DNA of 64,000 nucleotides from a virus (taxonomy: Duplodnaviria > Caudoviricetes), in the IMG/VR virus record IMGVR_UViG_3300005689_000302, positions 19,204-83,203 of that record. The stretch is one strand, 5' to 3'. Position numbers and translations under genes: made by a program. Numbering within the stretch: position 1 is the stretch's first letter; each line of letters opens with the position of its first letter. Positions 1-9,950 of this stretch are shown one piece after another. Below the pieces are notes generated by a model. It worked only from the letters and a program-made list of their open reading frames with translations, had not been told where the DNA came from and ran no database searches.

Positions 1-2
1 AA

Positions 3-1256
3 GAGCCGGGGCTGTTCATCGATCGCCACCGCTGCCCGAAGCTCGCCCGGCAAATGAGCACCTACCGCTGGGAGCGCTCGACCGGCGCCGGCGCCAACCC
101 GAAAGCGGCCCGCCCGGTGCCGCTCAAGAGAGACGATGACTGCTGCTTTCCTGCGGGTACGCTCGTCGCGACTCCCGAGGGGGCGACGGAAATTGAAAGC
201 CTGCGCGCAGGCGACGCGGTGCTAACGCATCTGGGCGAAAGCCGAGTCGCTGTTGCCGAAGAAACAGGAGAAGAAGAGCTTTATCGGATTACTTTGATCG
301 ACGGCCGTGTTATAGAATGTACCGCAACGCATCCGTTCGCAACATCAGACGGAGGCTTCGTTGCCGCCTGCGAACTGACGCCGGGGACATTCATTGACAG
401 CCTTCCATCATGCAAGTCCGCGAAGAGATCAACCGAAACGGAAAGCCTCGCGAAGTCATCGAATACGCCGGGCACGTCTGGTATCGATACCCGACTTGCC
501 GTTCATCACCGGCAAGAACGTATTTCCGGCGATGCGAACGACGGGGCGGTCAGTCGGCGAAGATCCGCACGTTCTGGCTTCACAAGCAAGTCTGGATCGA
601 CAACTTCGGAAAGATTCCCCGGGGCAGGGTTGTCCACCACAAAGATGAGAACCCAGCCAATAACAGAATCGACAACCTCGAGTTGCTCACTCCATCCGAG
701 CATTCGAAGCGCCATCGAGCAAACATCGAAAAGGCGATTGACGCCGCTCGTCAGTGGCATGGAAGCAAGGTCGGAAAAGAATGGCACAAGCAGCATGGAC
801 TGCAAACCTGGAACGGTCGCACTTCGAAACTCAAGACCTGCGAATACTGCCGAAAGAGATTCGGGACGAAGGACCGCAAGCGCGCAACGCGATTTTGCAG
901 CGATCAATGCCGAGCCTATTCGCGACGCCATCGCGGCGACGACAACGAAACCAGAACATGCGAATGGTGCGGGTCTGAGTTCGTCGTCAACCGTTTCGCA
1001 AAGACGACATGCTGCTCGAAAAAATGTGGTTGCCGTGCAAGTTGGGCGCGTGGAGCGCGCAAACCGAAGGGCAAGAGTCTTCAATCTGGCGACTGACGAC
1101 GGAACCTACTTCGCCAACGGCGTTCTCGTTTCCAACTGCGACGCCCTCCGCTACATGATTTACTCCGACGTCGGCAACCGCGCTCAAGGGATCCTCGCCC
1201 GCCGCGAGACGCCCCAAGCGCGGCCCGGCGTCCGCTTCAAACGCGTTTCTCGATAG
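3..1256 (+). CDS. terL: Terminase large subunit, C-terminal part (5'-truncated by the window edge), interrupted by an intein
   Basis: Frame is open from nt 3. Removing the intein gives ...PLKRDDDC|CDALRYMIY, matching the DDHxxDALRY end of terminase nuclease domains. Lies upstream of the portal. Confidence 0.85.
   Translation, partial: EPGLFIDRHRCPKLARQMSTYRWERSTGAGANPKAARPVPLKRDDDCCFPAGTLVATPEGATEIESLRAGDAVLTHLGESRVAVAEETGEEELYRITLIDGRVIECTATHPFATSDGGFVAACELTPGTFIDSLPSCKSAKRSTETESLAKSSNTPGTSGIDTRLAVHHRQERISGDANDGAVSRRRSARSGFTSKSGSTTSERFPGAGLSTTKMRTQPITESTTSSCSLHPSIRSAIEQTSKRRLTPLVSGMEARSEKNGTSSMDCKPGTVALRNSRPANTAERDSGRRTASAQRDFAAINAEPIRDAIAATTTKPEHANGAGLSSSSTVSQRRHAARKNVVAVQVGRVERANRRARVFNLATDDGTYFANGVLVSNCDALRYMIYSDVGNRAQGILARRETPQARPGVRFKRVSR
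144..1136 (+). mobile_element. Intein (331 aa, Hint splicing domain)
   Basis: Block A CFPAGTLVAT, block B ECTATHPF, blocks F/G RVFNLATDDGTYFANGVLVSN followed by Cys+1. Penultimate residue is Ser rather than His. Confidence 0.9.
410..1096 (+). CDS. HNH homing endonuclease nested in an alternate frame inside the intein
   Basis: HHKDENPANNRIDNLELLTPSEH HNH motif and C-terminal CxxC/CSxxC Zn-ribbon repeats. Frame is shifted relative to the intein. Confidence 0.88.
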   Translation: MQVREEINRNGKPREVIEYAGHVWYRYPTCRSSPARTYFRRCERRGGQSAKIRTFWLHKQVWIDNFGKIPRGRVVHHKDENPANNRIDNLELLTPSEHSKRHRANIEKAIDAARQWHGSKVGKEWHKQHGLQTWNGRTSKLKTCEYCRKRFGTKDRKRATRFCSDQCRAYSRRHRGDDNETRTCEWCGSEFVVNRFAKTTCCSKKCGCRASWARGARKPKGKSLQSGD

Positions 1257-1263
1257 GTTCGCC

Positions 1264-2286
1264 ATGCCTCGCCAACGCCCGCCGCGACAAGGCGCCCCGC
1301 CGCTGCGCTCGGAAGTCGAACAGCTCGTCGGCGACGTGCAACGCTATTTCCGCGGCGGTTCGACGGTGCGCAGCGCATTCGGTCAGCTCGCCTCGCTGGT
1401 CGCCGAGCTGCTCGGCTTCAGCCGCGGCCAGCGCGGGGCCCCGTCGCGCACCGACATTCAAGACGCGATCGACGTCATGGCCGAAGCGGGCCTCGATCCG
1501 CGCAACGTGCAAGCCGCGGCGGCGACTGTGGGCGGCGCTGGTCGCGCCGGCCAGCCGTCGGCGCCGCGCAGCGGTCCCCAGCCGCTTACCGCCACGCAAA
1601 CCTTACCGCGGCCAGCGCGCGGTTTTCGCGTCGGCGGCACGCCTCCCGGCTCGCCTTCGCTCGATCCGCGCAACCGGCTGCCGCCTGAATTGCGGCTGCC
1701 GCCAGGCGGCGATCGGATCACCGTCCCGGGCGATGCCGACTGGCCGGAAGAGCACCTGATCGACACCCGCGTTATCTCGGCGGCGCTGGTCGATCGACTC
1801 ACTGGCCAACAATCGCTCGAGTGGATCGAGACGCCGCAAAGCTCGAACGTCTACAGCTTCGCCTACGATCACTCGCAATCGATTCTGTACGTCACTTTCA
1901 AGGCGCCGAGCAATCAGCGCCGCCGGCCGCACGTCACCGGGGCAACCTACGCCTACGGTTCGAAGGCGCGGCCGATTCCCGCCCGGATGTACGAATCGCT
2001 CCTGCGGGCCAGCTCCAAGGGTGAATGGGTGTGGGACAAGCTCCGCGTCCGCGGCTCGCGCTGGCGCCACCAAGTGCCGTACATTCTCACCGCCGGCGGC
2101 TTCGACGGCCGGGCCGGCTTCGATGGCGATCCGATGGCGCACTACATTCCGCGGAAGGCTACCGCTCGCGGCTTTCGAGTGCGCACCGTGCCCGTTCTCG
2201 GCTCGGCGCGGCGCCGCGGCGCGATTGGCCGCTCGACGCTGCCTGAGCAAATCGGCCCTGCCTACCGGCAATCGCTCTTGCCGTAG
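1264..2286 (+). CDS. KTSC-domain-containing protein
   Basis: TPQSSNVYSFAYDHSQSILYVTFK...YAY...YESLLRASSKGEWV resembles KTSC. Confidence 0.65.
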   Translation: MPRQRPPRQGAPPLRSEVEQLVGDVQRYFRGGSTVRSAFGQLASLVAELLGFSRGQRGAPSRTDIQDAIDVMAEAGLDPRNVQAAAATVGGAGRAGQPSAPRSGPQPLTATQTLPRPARGFRVGGTPPGSPSLDPRNRLPPELRLPPGGDRITVPGDADWPEEHLIDTRVISAALVDRLTGQQSLEWIETPQSSNVYSFAYDHSQSILYVTFKAPSNQRRRPHVTGATYAYGSKARPIPARMYESLLRASSKGEWVWDKLRVRGSRWRHQVPYILTAGGFDGRAGFDGDPMAHYIPRKATARGFRVRTVPVLGSARRRGAIGRSTLPEQIGPAYRQSLLP

Positions 2287-2343
2287 CGGCCGGCTTTTCC
2301 TTCCTCTTCACCCTCCCCTCTTCACCCTCCGCTCTCCCCCACC

Positions 2344-2709
2344 ATGCGCACCGAAATCTATACCCGTCCCGCGCTCGGCGACGCCGAGAATAAATGCGTC
2401 TTCCGCGGCATTCTGCCGTTCCGGATCGCCGCCGGCGACAAGCTCAAGCTCCGCGCCGAGCACGTCGTCGAAATCGTCCGCGAAGTCGTTTATGACGTTT
2501 CCGAGGGATCGCTGCAGCGCGTGCTACTCACCACGCGAGACGAAGAACGCGCCTATCCGCCGGCGCCGAGCTGGGAAGAGTGGCTCGCCGAACAGCGCGC
2601 CAAGCTCGCCGTCTCGATGGGCTTGCCGACCGCCGCTGAAACAGCCACCGCAACAGCCGCCGAAGCGGAAGCGGCGCCGCCTGAAGTTTCGCCGGCCAGC
2701 GAAGCGTAA
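2344..2709 (+). CDS. Hypothetical protein
   Basis: ORF between the KTSC gene and the portal, with a pyrimidine-rich leader. Confidence 0.6.
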   Translation: MRTEIYTRPALGDAENKCVFRGILPFRIAAGDKLKLRAEHVVEIVREVVYDVSEGSLQRVLLTTRDEERAYPPAPSWEEWLAEQRAKLAVSMGLPTAAETATATAAEAEAAPPEVSPASEA

Positions 2710-2760
2710 TCGCCTGCTGGCTTTCTCTCGACTCTTCCCTCTTCACTCTCGACTCGTCTC

Positions 2761-5700
2761 GTGCTTGCACCTAAAGGCGGCCTCCGCATCAACGGCACTA
2801 CCTACCGCGAAGGCGATCGCGTTACGAAGCGCGACGCCCGCGCGCTGCGCGATGCGCGCCGCCACGCCAAGCTAGGCCAATCGACGCAGCGAGCCGTCGA
2901 TCCGGCGGCGCTGATTAAGGACGTCCCGCCAAACTTTGGGCGGGCGATCCTGCCTCACGTTATGACCTTCAGCGGCATGATGAGCACGCTCTCGAAGGTC
3001 TATCGCAACAGCGACGAAGCGCTGCGCCATTCCGTCGAAAACGCCCACATGATGGTTCAAGACCCGATGGTCATGGGCCCGATCTTGGCGCGGCAAAAGA
3101 TGGTGGCGCTCTACAACTGGCATTTGCAACCGGAAGACGAAGACGACAAAACGCAGCAAGCGCTCTGCCGCGATCTGACGACGATCCTCAACCGCATTCC
3201 GCGGTTTGTCGAATACCGGCGCATTCTGCTGCAAGCGGTCTTCTATGGTCGCTATGCGGTTCAGCATCAGTACAGCTTCCACACGGACAGCAAGCGCAAC
3301 CGCCGAACGATCGTCTCGCACTATACGCCGATCAGCGGCGATAAGCTCGCTTTCCGCTACGACGACGGGCGCGGGGAGTATGACTACAACCAAGTCGGCG
3401 TGAAGGTGACGCCGGCGCTCAATCACCGCGACGTCATCGCCGGCGATCGGGAGCTGGAAGTGACCGGCGACGGGATGGCGTATTTCCTGCAGCCGTGGGA
3501 GCGCTCGCGGTTCGCCGTCCACAAGCATTTGCTGTGGGATGGCGATTATGAGGATCCGCTCTCGGCCGGCAAGATTCACGGCGTCGGCCTGCGCTCCTTC
3601 ATCTATTGGGTCTGGTACCAGAAGCAAGAAGTGCTCGCCCAATTGATGGAGATTGTCGAGCGAACGGGAATGGGCTTCTACGTCTATTACTACCCGATGG
3701 GCAACGCCGCCGCGAAGGCGGAAGTCGAGAAGATCGCCCAAGAGCAAGCGCATACCAACCGGATTATCGTCCCGCATGACCTGGGCGACCCCGACGCCTA
3801 CCGGATCGAACAGATTCCGCCGAACACGGCGGGGATCGAGATTCTGCAAGCGATCGTCACGAATCACTTTCAGAATCAAATCACCAAGTTCGTTCTCGGG
3901 CAAACGCTCTCCACCGACGCGGCGGCAACGGGCCTGGGAAGCGGCGTCGCCGACCTGCACGAAAAATCGCTGCTCAACCTGGCGCGATACGACGCGATCA
4001 ACCTTGAGGAAACGATCACCCGCGAGCTGGTTTGGCCGCTACGGGATTTCAACTTTCCGAAGTATCGCTCGATCGACATCCTCTTCAAAATCGACACGGA
4101 GTCGAGCACGCCGAAAGAAGACCTCGACGCGGCGAAGGCGCTGTGGGATATGGGCGCCGAGCTGAAGAGCGCCGACTTGTTCGACAAGCTCGGCCTCTCG
4201 ATGCCCGGGCCGAACGATCTGAAGCTCTCTAATCCGCAATTGCAGCAGCAAGCCGCCGGCATGATGCCGGGGATGCCTGGAATGCCGCCGGGAATGCCGC
4301 CCGGGCTGCCTGGCGCCGATCCGATGGCTGGCATGATGGGCGGGCCGGAAGAAGGCGGGCCAGAGGATCAGCCGCCGGGCGACGATCCGAGCGAACCGCC
4401 TGGCGGGCCGCCGGCGATGCCGGGCGACGCGGCGCCGCAAGGGCCGGATCTGAAACGCATCTTCGGGCCGATTCTGCACGCCAAGCACAAGCCGGCCGAG
4501 GGCCAGCGCTCGTTGTGGGATGAAGAGAAGCATCCGCGCGACGAAGCCGGGAAGTTTGCGCCGAAGGCTGGCGATAAGTTCACGCTGCCGCCCGTTGGCG
4601 ATCGGAAGCCGATGCCGATGAAGGTTTATGGCGTCGATGATGCGCACGCCTACGCCCAACTCGACACGCCCGAACATAACAAGTGGGCTGAGAAGTATCC
4701 GGCGCCGGGAACCGGTTACGCGAAAGTTCCGCTGCAAAGCTGGAAGCATTTTGTCAACGATCTGAGCGGAAAGCTGCAATTCGACACGCCGAGCGGTAAT
4801 CACGCTGTCGATGCGGTCGCCGCCGGCAAGGGCAAGTGGCTGGGCAAGGGCGACGACGGCGTCGCCTGGCGGGTCGGCGATTGGGTTGTCAAAGCGTCGA
4901 CCACCGTTCCTTTTATTCCCGAAAACCCTGGCCACCGAACGCCCGATGAAGCGGCGGCCATGATGGAGAAGGCGAGCACGGCGCACGAGAAGCTACGGCG
5001 GGCCGGAGTGAAGGGCCTAGTTCCCATCTATCACTTCCGGCACGAAGACAAGCACCTGCAGGTAATGCCGTTTCTGGATACTGAAACGCCCCTGACGGGT
5101 GAACAGCTTTGGCAAATCGAGAAAACGCTCGAGCAAATCCACGCTGCCGGCTATACGCTGAACGATCAGATTCAAGCCGGCGTGATGGACGATGGCAACG
5201 CCTATATTTATGACACCGGCAAGATTCGCCCCGGCGCCGACAACTGGAAGAAGGAAAGCGACCGCGACGAACTACGCGCCCTAAAGAGTCGTCACGGCCA
5301 CCCGGAACCGATCGACGTATGGGATGGAAACAACGACGATCTGGACGCCGAGGACGCCGCCGAAGCGGCCGCGGCCCGCGAAGACGACAAGCGCCGCTAT
5401 GGCATGGCGATGCGTTACGCCAAGCAAGCGAGCCTGTGGGACGAAGAGAAGCATCCCCGCGAAGACGACGGCAAGTTCGCCTTTACCTCGGGTCCGGGCG
5501 GCGGATCATCGCCCGCCAAGAGCAAGCCGGCCAGTCTCTTCGGTGATGATGACGCCGGCGACGATGAACCGTTCACCCTCGGCGCCGCGCCGAAGAAGGC
5601 AAAGCAAGGCGGGCGCTTCGAAGGCAAAGGAAAAGAAAAGCAGCCGCCACTCTTCTCGGGGCTGAACGCGCTGCCTGGTCAGAAAGATCTATTCGACGAT

Positions 5701-8700
5701 CTGGACAAACCGGCGCCGCCGGATCCTTTGAAAGCCCCGCGCGAAGCCGCGCCGCCGCCGAAGCTCGTCAGCGAGCCGCCGCCGGCGCCTGCGCCCACCG
5801 CGACCGAATCGCTCGCTCCGATCAGCTCGAAGAATTACGCGCCGCATGTGTACGCCGGCCTCAACAAGCTGTGGGACGCCGGCGGGACGGCCTACGTCAA
5901 CACGCATCTGAAAACGACGCGGATCGCGCCGAAGGATCGAGACGCGATCAAGCTCACGAGCAAGGGCGGTCTATACCTGCGCCGCGGCAAACATTGGGAT
6001 GCGATCACCGGCGACGTACTCGATCGCCTGGGAAGCCAAGTCGGCCTACCGTCGAGCTACGATCTGCACAAGCAAGAATGGGACGCCGAGCACAAGAACG
6101 CCCGCTACGGCGGCAAGCATCCGGGCGAACTACACGACGCCGAATTTCTCGATCACGCCGAAACGGAGAAGCGCCATCGGGCCAACTATTTCGACGCCGC
6201 CGGCAATAAGTTCGCGAGCAGTCGCGAGACGCCGGCCGAATATGTCGACCTCCCCATCGGTTCCTGGCGGAAGGATCGCAGCTTTAGCGGCCTCTACGGA
6301 AACAGCATCGATCAGCTCGTCGAGCTCGATCCGAACCATTTGGAGTTGCCCGAGGGGGACTACGCCGCCAATCCGAATTTCAACCCGGAAGGGCGACGAT
6401 GGGATGCGGAGCGATACGCCGATTGGATCCGCGAGGGGAAAACCCCGCCGCCGATCAGCGTGCTCGAAATGCCCAATGGATCGCTGAAGGTTAGCGATGG
6501 CCACCGCCGCGCCGCCGCCGCCAAGATGACCGGCCAGCCGATTCGCGCCTGGGTCAATTGGGCGGCCGATACCGGCAAGAAGGATTACGAAGGCAAGCCG
6601 ATCCTGTCGGGGATGACCGATCAGCTCGCCGCGCGCGAGCACGCCGGCGAAGTCGAACCGCATAGCGGCCTGGGCTGGGGGCATGAGGGCGTTGTGAAGC
6701 GGGCGGGGCCTGAGCGACACGCCAAGCCTCGCCCCCTCGACGACTTTGCCCTGCGCAACTTCGCCGAGCGGATCCGCCGCGGCGATCAGCACGGCGCCCG
6801 CGATCTGCTCGTCCGGGCCGGCTTCGATCCGCTGACGCTCGACGCCTATTGGGGAATGATCGTTAAGTCAGTGGTGGGCGGAACTGCGCCGATCAAGCAC
6901 GCCCGCGATCTTCGCGCCGCCATCACCGCCGCGGCTGACGCCACGAATACAGATCCGAGCGACGCCCAGCGCGAAGCCGGCAACTATCCCAAGGGCAAAC
7001 TGTGGCTGCACGGCCTCGAGCTGACGATCGAGAACCCGAAAGGCTCGAAGCGCCGGCCGGAGTGGAAGCCGCTGGCGGCCCACTACGGCTACATTCGCCG
7101 CCACGAAGGCGCCGACGGCGATCAAGTCGATTGCTACCTCGGGCCCCATCCGGAAAGCCAGCTCGTCTTCGTCATCGATCAGCCGAAGGCCTCGGGGCGC
7201 TTTGACGAGCATAAGGTGATGTTCGGCTGGACGAACCTCCGCGACGCGCGAAAAGCGTACGCCGACTGCTATCAAGCCGGCTGGAAAGTCGGCCCGATCA
7301 CCGCCCTGACGATCGAGCAATTCAAAGACTGGCTCGAGTTCGGCGACTTGTCGAAGCCGATCGGCCGCTACAAGCCGGCGAAATACGCCCGCTCGATGGC
7401 GTCGGTGCTGCGCTACGCCGAGCGATCGGAAGAACGCGGGCAAGGCCGCGGCCAGCCTGGCAATCGCGGGCAGTTCGGCTACGCGCCCAAGCGGAAGAAA
7501 ACGATCGGGCAAGGCCAGCAAGAGTTCCATTGGGTGACGATCGACGGAACGCACGTTGCGATCAACGATGCGACCGGGGCGATCGAAAAGGGTCCGAAGG
7601 CGCTCGTGGGTAAGACGCTCGGCGGGCCGAAGAAACAGAAGGGGCTGTTTGACGACGACGATAAGCCGGCGAAAAAGGCGGAAGAGAAGCCCGAAGAGAA
7701 ACGGGTCGAAGCGCCGCCCGAAAAGAAACCGCCCGAGGTGCCGGCGACGATCGAAGAGCTTGACGACGACGTTGTCGACGACGATGACATCGAAGCGGGG
7801 GACGATAGCGTTACCGATCGCCTCAAGTCCAGCGTAAACGCCTTTCTCGACGACAAGCCCGATGGCTCGTGGCGGGATTGGATGGATGAGCGCGGCACGA
7901 AACATTTGCTCGACGAATTAGACGGCGGCGATGATAAGCTTCGCGGGCGATTGGAGTATGAAGCGTTTGAGCTGTTCGCTTGGAGGGAGCCGAAGGAGAA
8001 GGATCAGCCGGCGGGCGAAACGGCCGACGATGTACTCGAGCCTTTCGCAGAATCTCCGGAGCCAGCCGCCGACGCGTCGCCTGAGCCGGCTCTGCCCGCC
8101 GAGCAATCTGCCACACCCTCTGCCGCTCCCGCGCCAAAGCCTGCCGCGACGGCCAAGTCAAAGGGCGCCCGCGCCGCCGCCCGCGCGAAGTTGATGGAAG
8201 ACTTCGGCGAAAAGATCGGCGGCGCTCGAAAGGAAACGGCGCGGCCTTCCAATCGTCCGAAAGTCGAGAAGCCCGCCGACGAACGGCCCGCCTGGGCGCG
8301 GCGCTACAACATTTCCCAAATCACCAAAAGCACGAAGCCCGGCGAAGAGGGGAAGTGGGCGATCTACGACACGAAACAAAAGACCTGGTCGGGCCAGCCG
8401 AAGCAAGTCGGCGGCGGCATGTTGTTTGATTCCAAGGAGGATGCCGAGAAGAGCTTGCCGCTGTACGAAGTATCGCGCAGCCACCGCGTCTACGCCTACA
8501 CGCCGAAGGGCGCGACCGAAAAGCAGTTCGGCATTTTCCGCAAACTGGGCGACCGAAAGACGCCGCTCGTCAAAGGCGGTTTTGCCTCCGAACAGGAGGC
8601 GATGCAACATATGGCGGCGAATCCACACGATGTTATCGGTCACAAGTTTCCGCGATACGAAAGCTACCAGTACCTCGATCGCGTCGAACGCAAGGGCGGG

Positions 8701-9897
8701 AAAGAGCATCGCAAGGGCGACGTGAAGCCGGCCGACTTTCAAAACGCCTTCAATTTCCGCGGCGGTGAGTTCGGCAACTGGCAATCGGGCAAGGATGGGC
8801 AAACCTCGCTCAATCACGCCTACGACGCCCTGCACGATCTGGCCGACGTGCTGGGAGTTCCGCCGAAAGCCGTCTCACTCAACGGCGATCTGGCAATCGC
8901 TTTCGGGGCGCGCGGAACGGGCGGGAAAGACGCCGCCCGCGCCCATTACGAGCCCGAAAAGCGGGTTATCAACCTGACGAAAATGTCCGGCGCCGGCACG
9001 CTGGCGCATGAGTGGCTGCACGCGCTGGACCACTACCTCGCCAAAGAGGCCGGCTCGAAGAAACACACGACGACGGGGCTTGGCTACAGGGAGAAGCTCC
9101 GCGACGATCTGCACGCCGCGATGAAGGGCGTTCACGACGCGTTGATGACGAAGACGGTCGAAGAAGGATTCTCTGACGAAAAGACGGGCAAGCAACGCGA
9201 CGCGGCGCACGAGAACCTTGCCGAGCAACTGAAGAACATCGAGCAACTGTTTGACTACTACGGAAAGAAGAAGCCGTTCACGCCCGAGCAACAAAAGCAA
9301 TGGAACGAGCTTAAGGGCAAGATTCTCGCGGGCGATGTGGGCAAGGCCGGCTACCTGCCGAGTAAATCGCAATATGGCGGTCCGCCGACGTTTGAGAATC
9401 TGCATCAACTGAACCAGCTCTACAAGGCGCGCACCGGGCGCAGCTTCCATACGAGCGATCAAAACTCCTATGGCCACCGGCTCTATTGGGCGGCCAAGCA
9501 TCTTGTTGATTCCAACGAAGCGGTGGAAAAGGCCAAGCAAGGCGCCACGCAACAGCGGAAAGCCAAGACGGATTTCTTTCATGCGGCCGTCGATTTGGAC
9601 AAGACGCGCGCCAGCGACTATTACACGCTGCCCGAGGAAATGATGGCCCGCGCCTTCGAAGGCTACGTCATGGACAAGCTGGCGGCCAAGCAACAAAAGA
9701 ACGATTACCTCGGCGGCAAGGCTGACAATCGATTCTATGAGGCTTACGGGATGAAGCCGTTCCCCGAGGGCGACGAACGCAAGGCGATCAACGCCGCCTT
9801 CGACAAGCTATTCACCACGCTCAAGCACGAATCGCGCAGCGACGAACGCGGCGAACACGCTCGGCTGTATTCCAAGTTGCGCGAACGGGTTTCCTAG
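2761..9897 (+). CDS. DUF935 (Mu gp29-like) portal fused to polyvalent-protein domains (kinase-like, ParB-like, inorganic pyrophosphatase-like, LPD5/LPD1-like zincin)
   Basis: Portal-like N-terminus (to ~4250). Kinase-like LGKGDDGVAW..VVK..YDTG. ParB-like PPPISV..DGHRRAAA. PPase-like GNYPKG..IENPKG..YGYI..DGDQVD..DEHKVM. DFGEKIGGARK, FRGGEFGNW, LAHEWLHALD, EMMARAFE. Confidence 0.85.
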   Translation: MLAPKGGLRINGTTYREGDRVTKRDARALRDARRHAKLGQSTQRAVDPAALIKDVPPNFGRAILPHVMTFSGMMSTLSKVYRNSDEALRHSVENAHMMVQDPMVMGPILARQKMVALYNWHLQPEDEDDKTQQALCRDLTTILNRIPRFVEYRRILLQAVFYGRYAVQHQYSFHTDSKRNRRTIVSHYTPISGDKLAFRYDDGRGEYDYNQVGVKVTPALNHRDVIAGDRELEVTGDGMAYFLQPWERSRFAVHKHLLWDGDYEDPLSAGKIHGVGLRSFIYWVWYQKQEVLAQLMEIVERTGMGFYVYYYPMGNAAAKAEVEKIAQEQAHTNRIIVPHDLGDPDAYRIEQIPPNTAGIEILQAIVTNHFQNQITKFVLGQTLSTDAAATGLGSGVADLHEKSLLNLARYDAINLEETITRELVWPLRDFNFPKYRSIDILFKIDTESSTPKEDLDAAKALWDMGAELKSADLFDKLGLSMPGPNDLKLSNPQLQQQAAGMMPGMPGMPPGMPPGLPGADPMAGMMGGPEEGGPEDQPPGDDPSEPPGGPPAMPGDAAPQGPDLKRIFGPILHAKHKPAEGQRSLWDEEKHPRDEAGKFAPKAGDKFTLPPVGDRKPMPMKVYGVDDAHAYAQLDTPEHNKWAEKYPAPGTGYAKVPLQSWKHFVNDLSGKLQFDTPSGNHAVDAVAAGKGKWLGKGDDGVAWRVGDWVVKASTTVPFIPENPGHRTPDEAAAMMEKASTAHEKLRRAGVKGLVPIYHFRHEDKHLQVMPFLDTETPLTGEQLWQIEKTLEQIHAAGYTLNDQIQAGVMDDGNAYIYDTGKIRPGADNWKKESDRDELRALKSRHGHPEPIDVWDGNNDDLDAEDAAEAAAAREDDKRRYGMAMRYAKQASLWDEEKHPREDDGKFAFTSGPGGGSSPAKSKPASLFGDDDAGDDEPFTLGAAPKKAKQGGRFEGKGKEKQPPLFSGLNALPGQKDLFDDLDKPAPPDPLKAPREAAPPPKLVSEPPPAPAPTATESLAPISSKNYAPHVYAGLNKLWDAGGTAYVNTHLKTTRIAPKDRDAIKLTSKGGLYLRRGKHWDAITGDVLDRLGSQVGLPSSYDLHKQEWDAEHKNARYGGKHPGELHDAEFLDHAETEKRHRANYFDAAGNKFASSRETPAEYVDLPIGSWRKDRSFSGLYGNSIDQLVELDPNHLELPEGDYAANPNFNPEGRRWDAERYADWIREGKTPPPISVLEMPNGSLKVSDGHRRAAAAKMTGQPIRAWVNWAADTGKKDYEGKPILSGMTDQLAAREHAGEVEPHSGLGWGHEGVVKRAGPERHAKPRPLDDFALRNFAERIRRGDQHGARDLLVRAGFDPLTLDAYWGMIVKSVVGGTAPIKHARDLRAAITAAADATNTDPSDAQREAGNYPKGKLWLHGLELTIENPKGSKRRPEWKPLAAHYGYIRRHEGADGDQVDCYLGPHPESQLVFVIDQPKASGRFDEHKVMFGWTNLRDARKAYADCYQAGWKVGPITALTIEQFKDWLEFGDLSKPIGRYKPAKYARSMASVLRYAERSEERGQGRGQPGNRGQFGYAPKRKKTIGQGQQEFHWVTIDGTHVAINDATGAIEKGPKALVGKTLGGPKKQKGLFDDDDKPAKKAEEKPEEKRVEAPPEKKPPEVPATIEELDDDVVDDDDIEAGDDSVTDRLKSSVNAFLDDKPDGSWRDWMDERGTKHLLDELDGGDDKLRGRLEYEAFELFAWREPKEKDQPAGETADDVLEPFAESPEPAADASPEPALPAEQSATPSAAPAPKPAATAKSKGARAAARAKLMEDFGEKIGGARKETARPSNRPKVEKPADERPAWARRYNISQITKSTKPGEEGKWAIYDTKQKTWSGQPKQVGGGMLFDSKEDAEKSLPLYEVSRSHRVYAYTPKGATEKQFGIFRKLGDRKTPLVKGGFASEQEAMQHMAANPHDVIGHKFPRYESYQYLDRVERKGGKEHRKGDVKPADFQNAFNFRGGEFGNWQSGKDGQTSLNHAYDALHDLADVLGVPPKAVSLNGDLAIAFGARGTGGKDAARAHYEPEKRVINLTKMSGAGTLAHEWLHALDHYLAKEAGSKKHTTTGLGYREKLRDDLHAAMKGVHDALMTKTVEEGFSDEKTGKQRDAAHENLAEQLKNIEQLFDYYGKKKPFTPEQQKQWNELKGKILAGDVGKAGYLPSKSQYGGPPTFENLHQLNQLYKARTGRSFHTSDQNSYGHRLYWAAKHLVDSNEAVEKAKQGATQQRKAKTDFFHAAVDLDKTRASDYYTLPEEMMARAFEGYVMDKLAAKQQKNDYLGGKADNRFYEAYGMKPFPEGDERKAINAAFDKLFTTLKHESRSDERGEHARLYSKLRERVS

Positions 9898-9950
9898 CGC
9901 CTTCGCGCCGCGTCTTTTCTGTTTTTTCTCTTTTCGAAGTGTCCAGCCTC

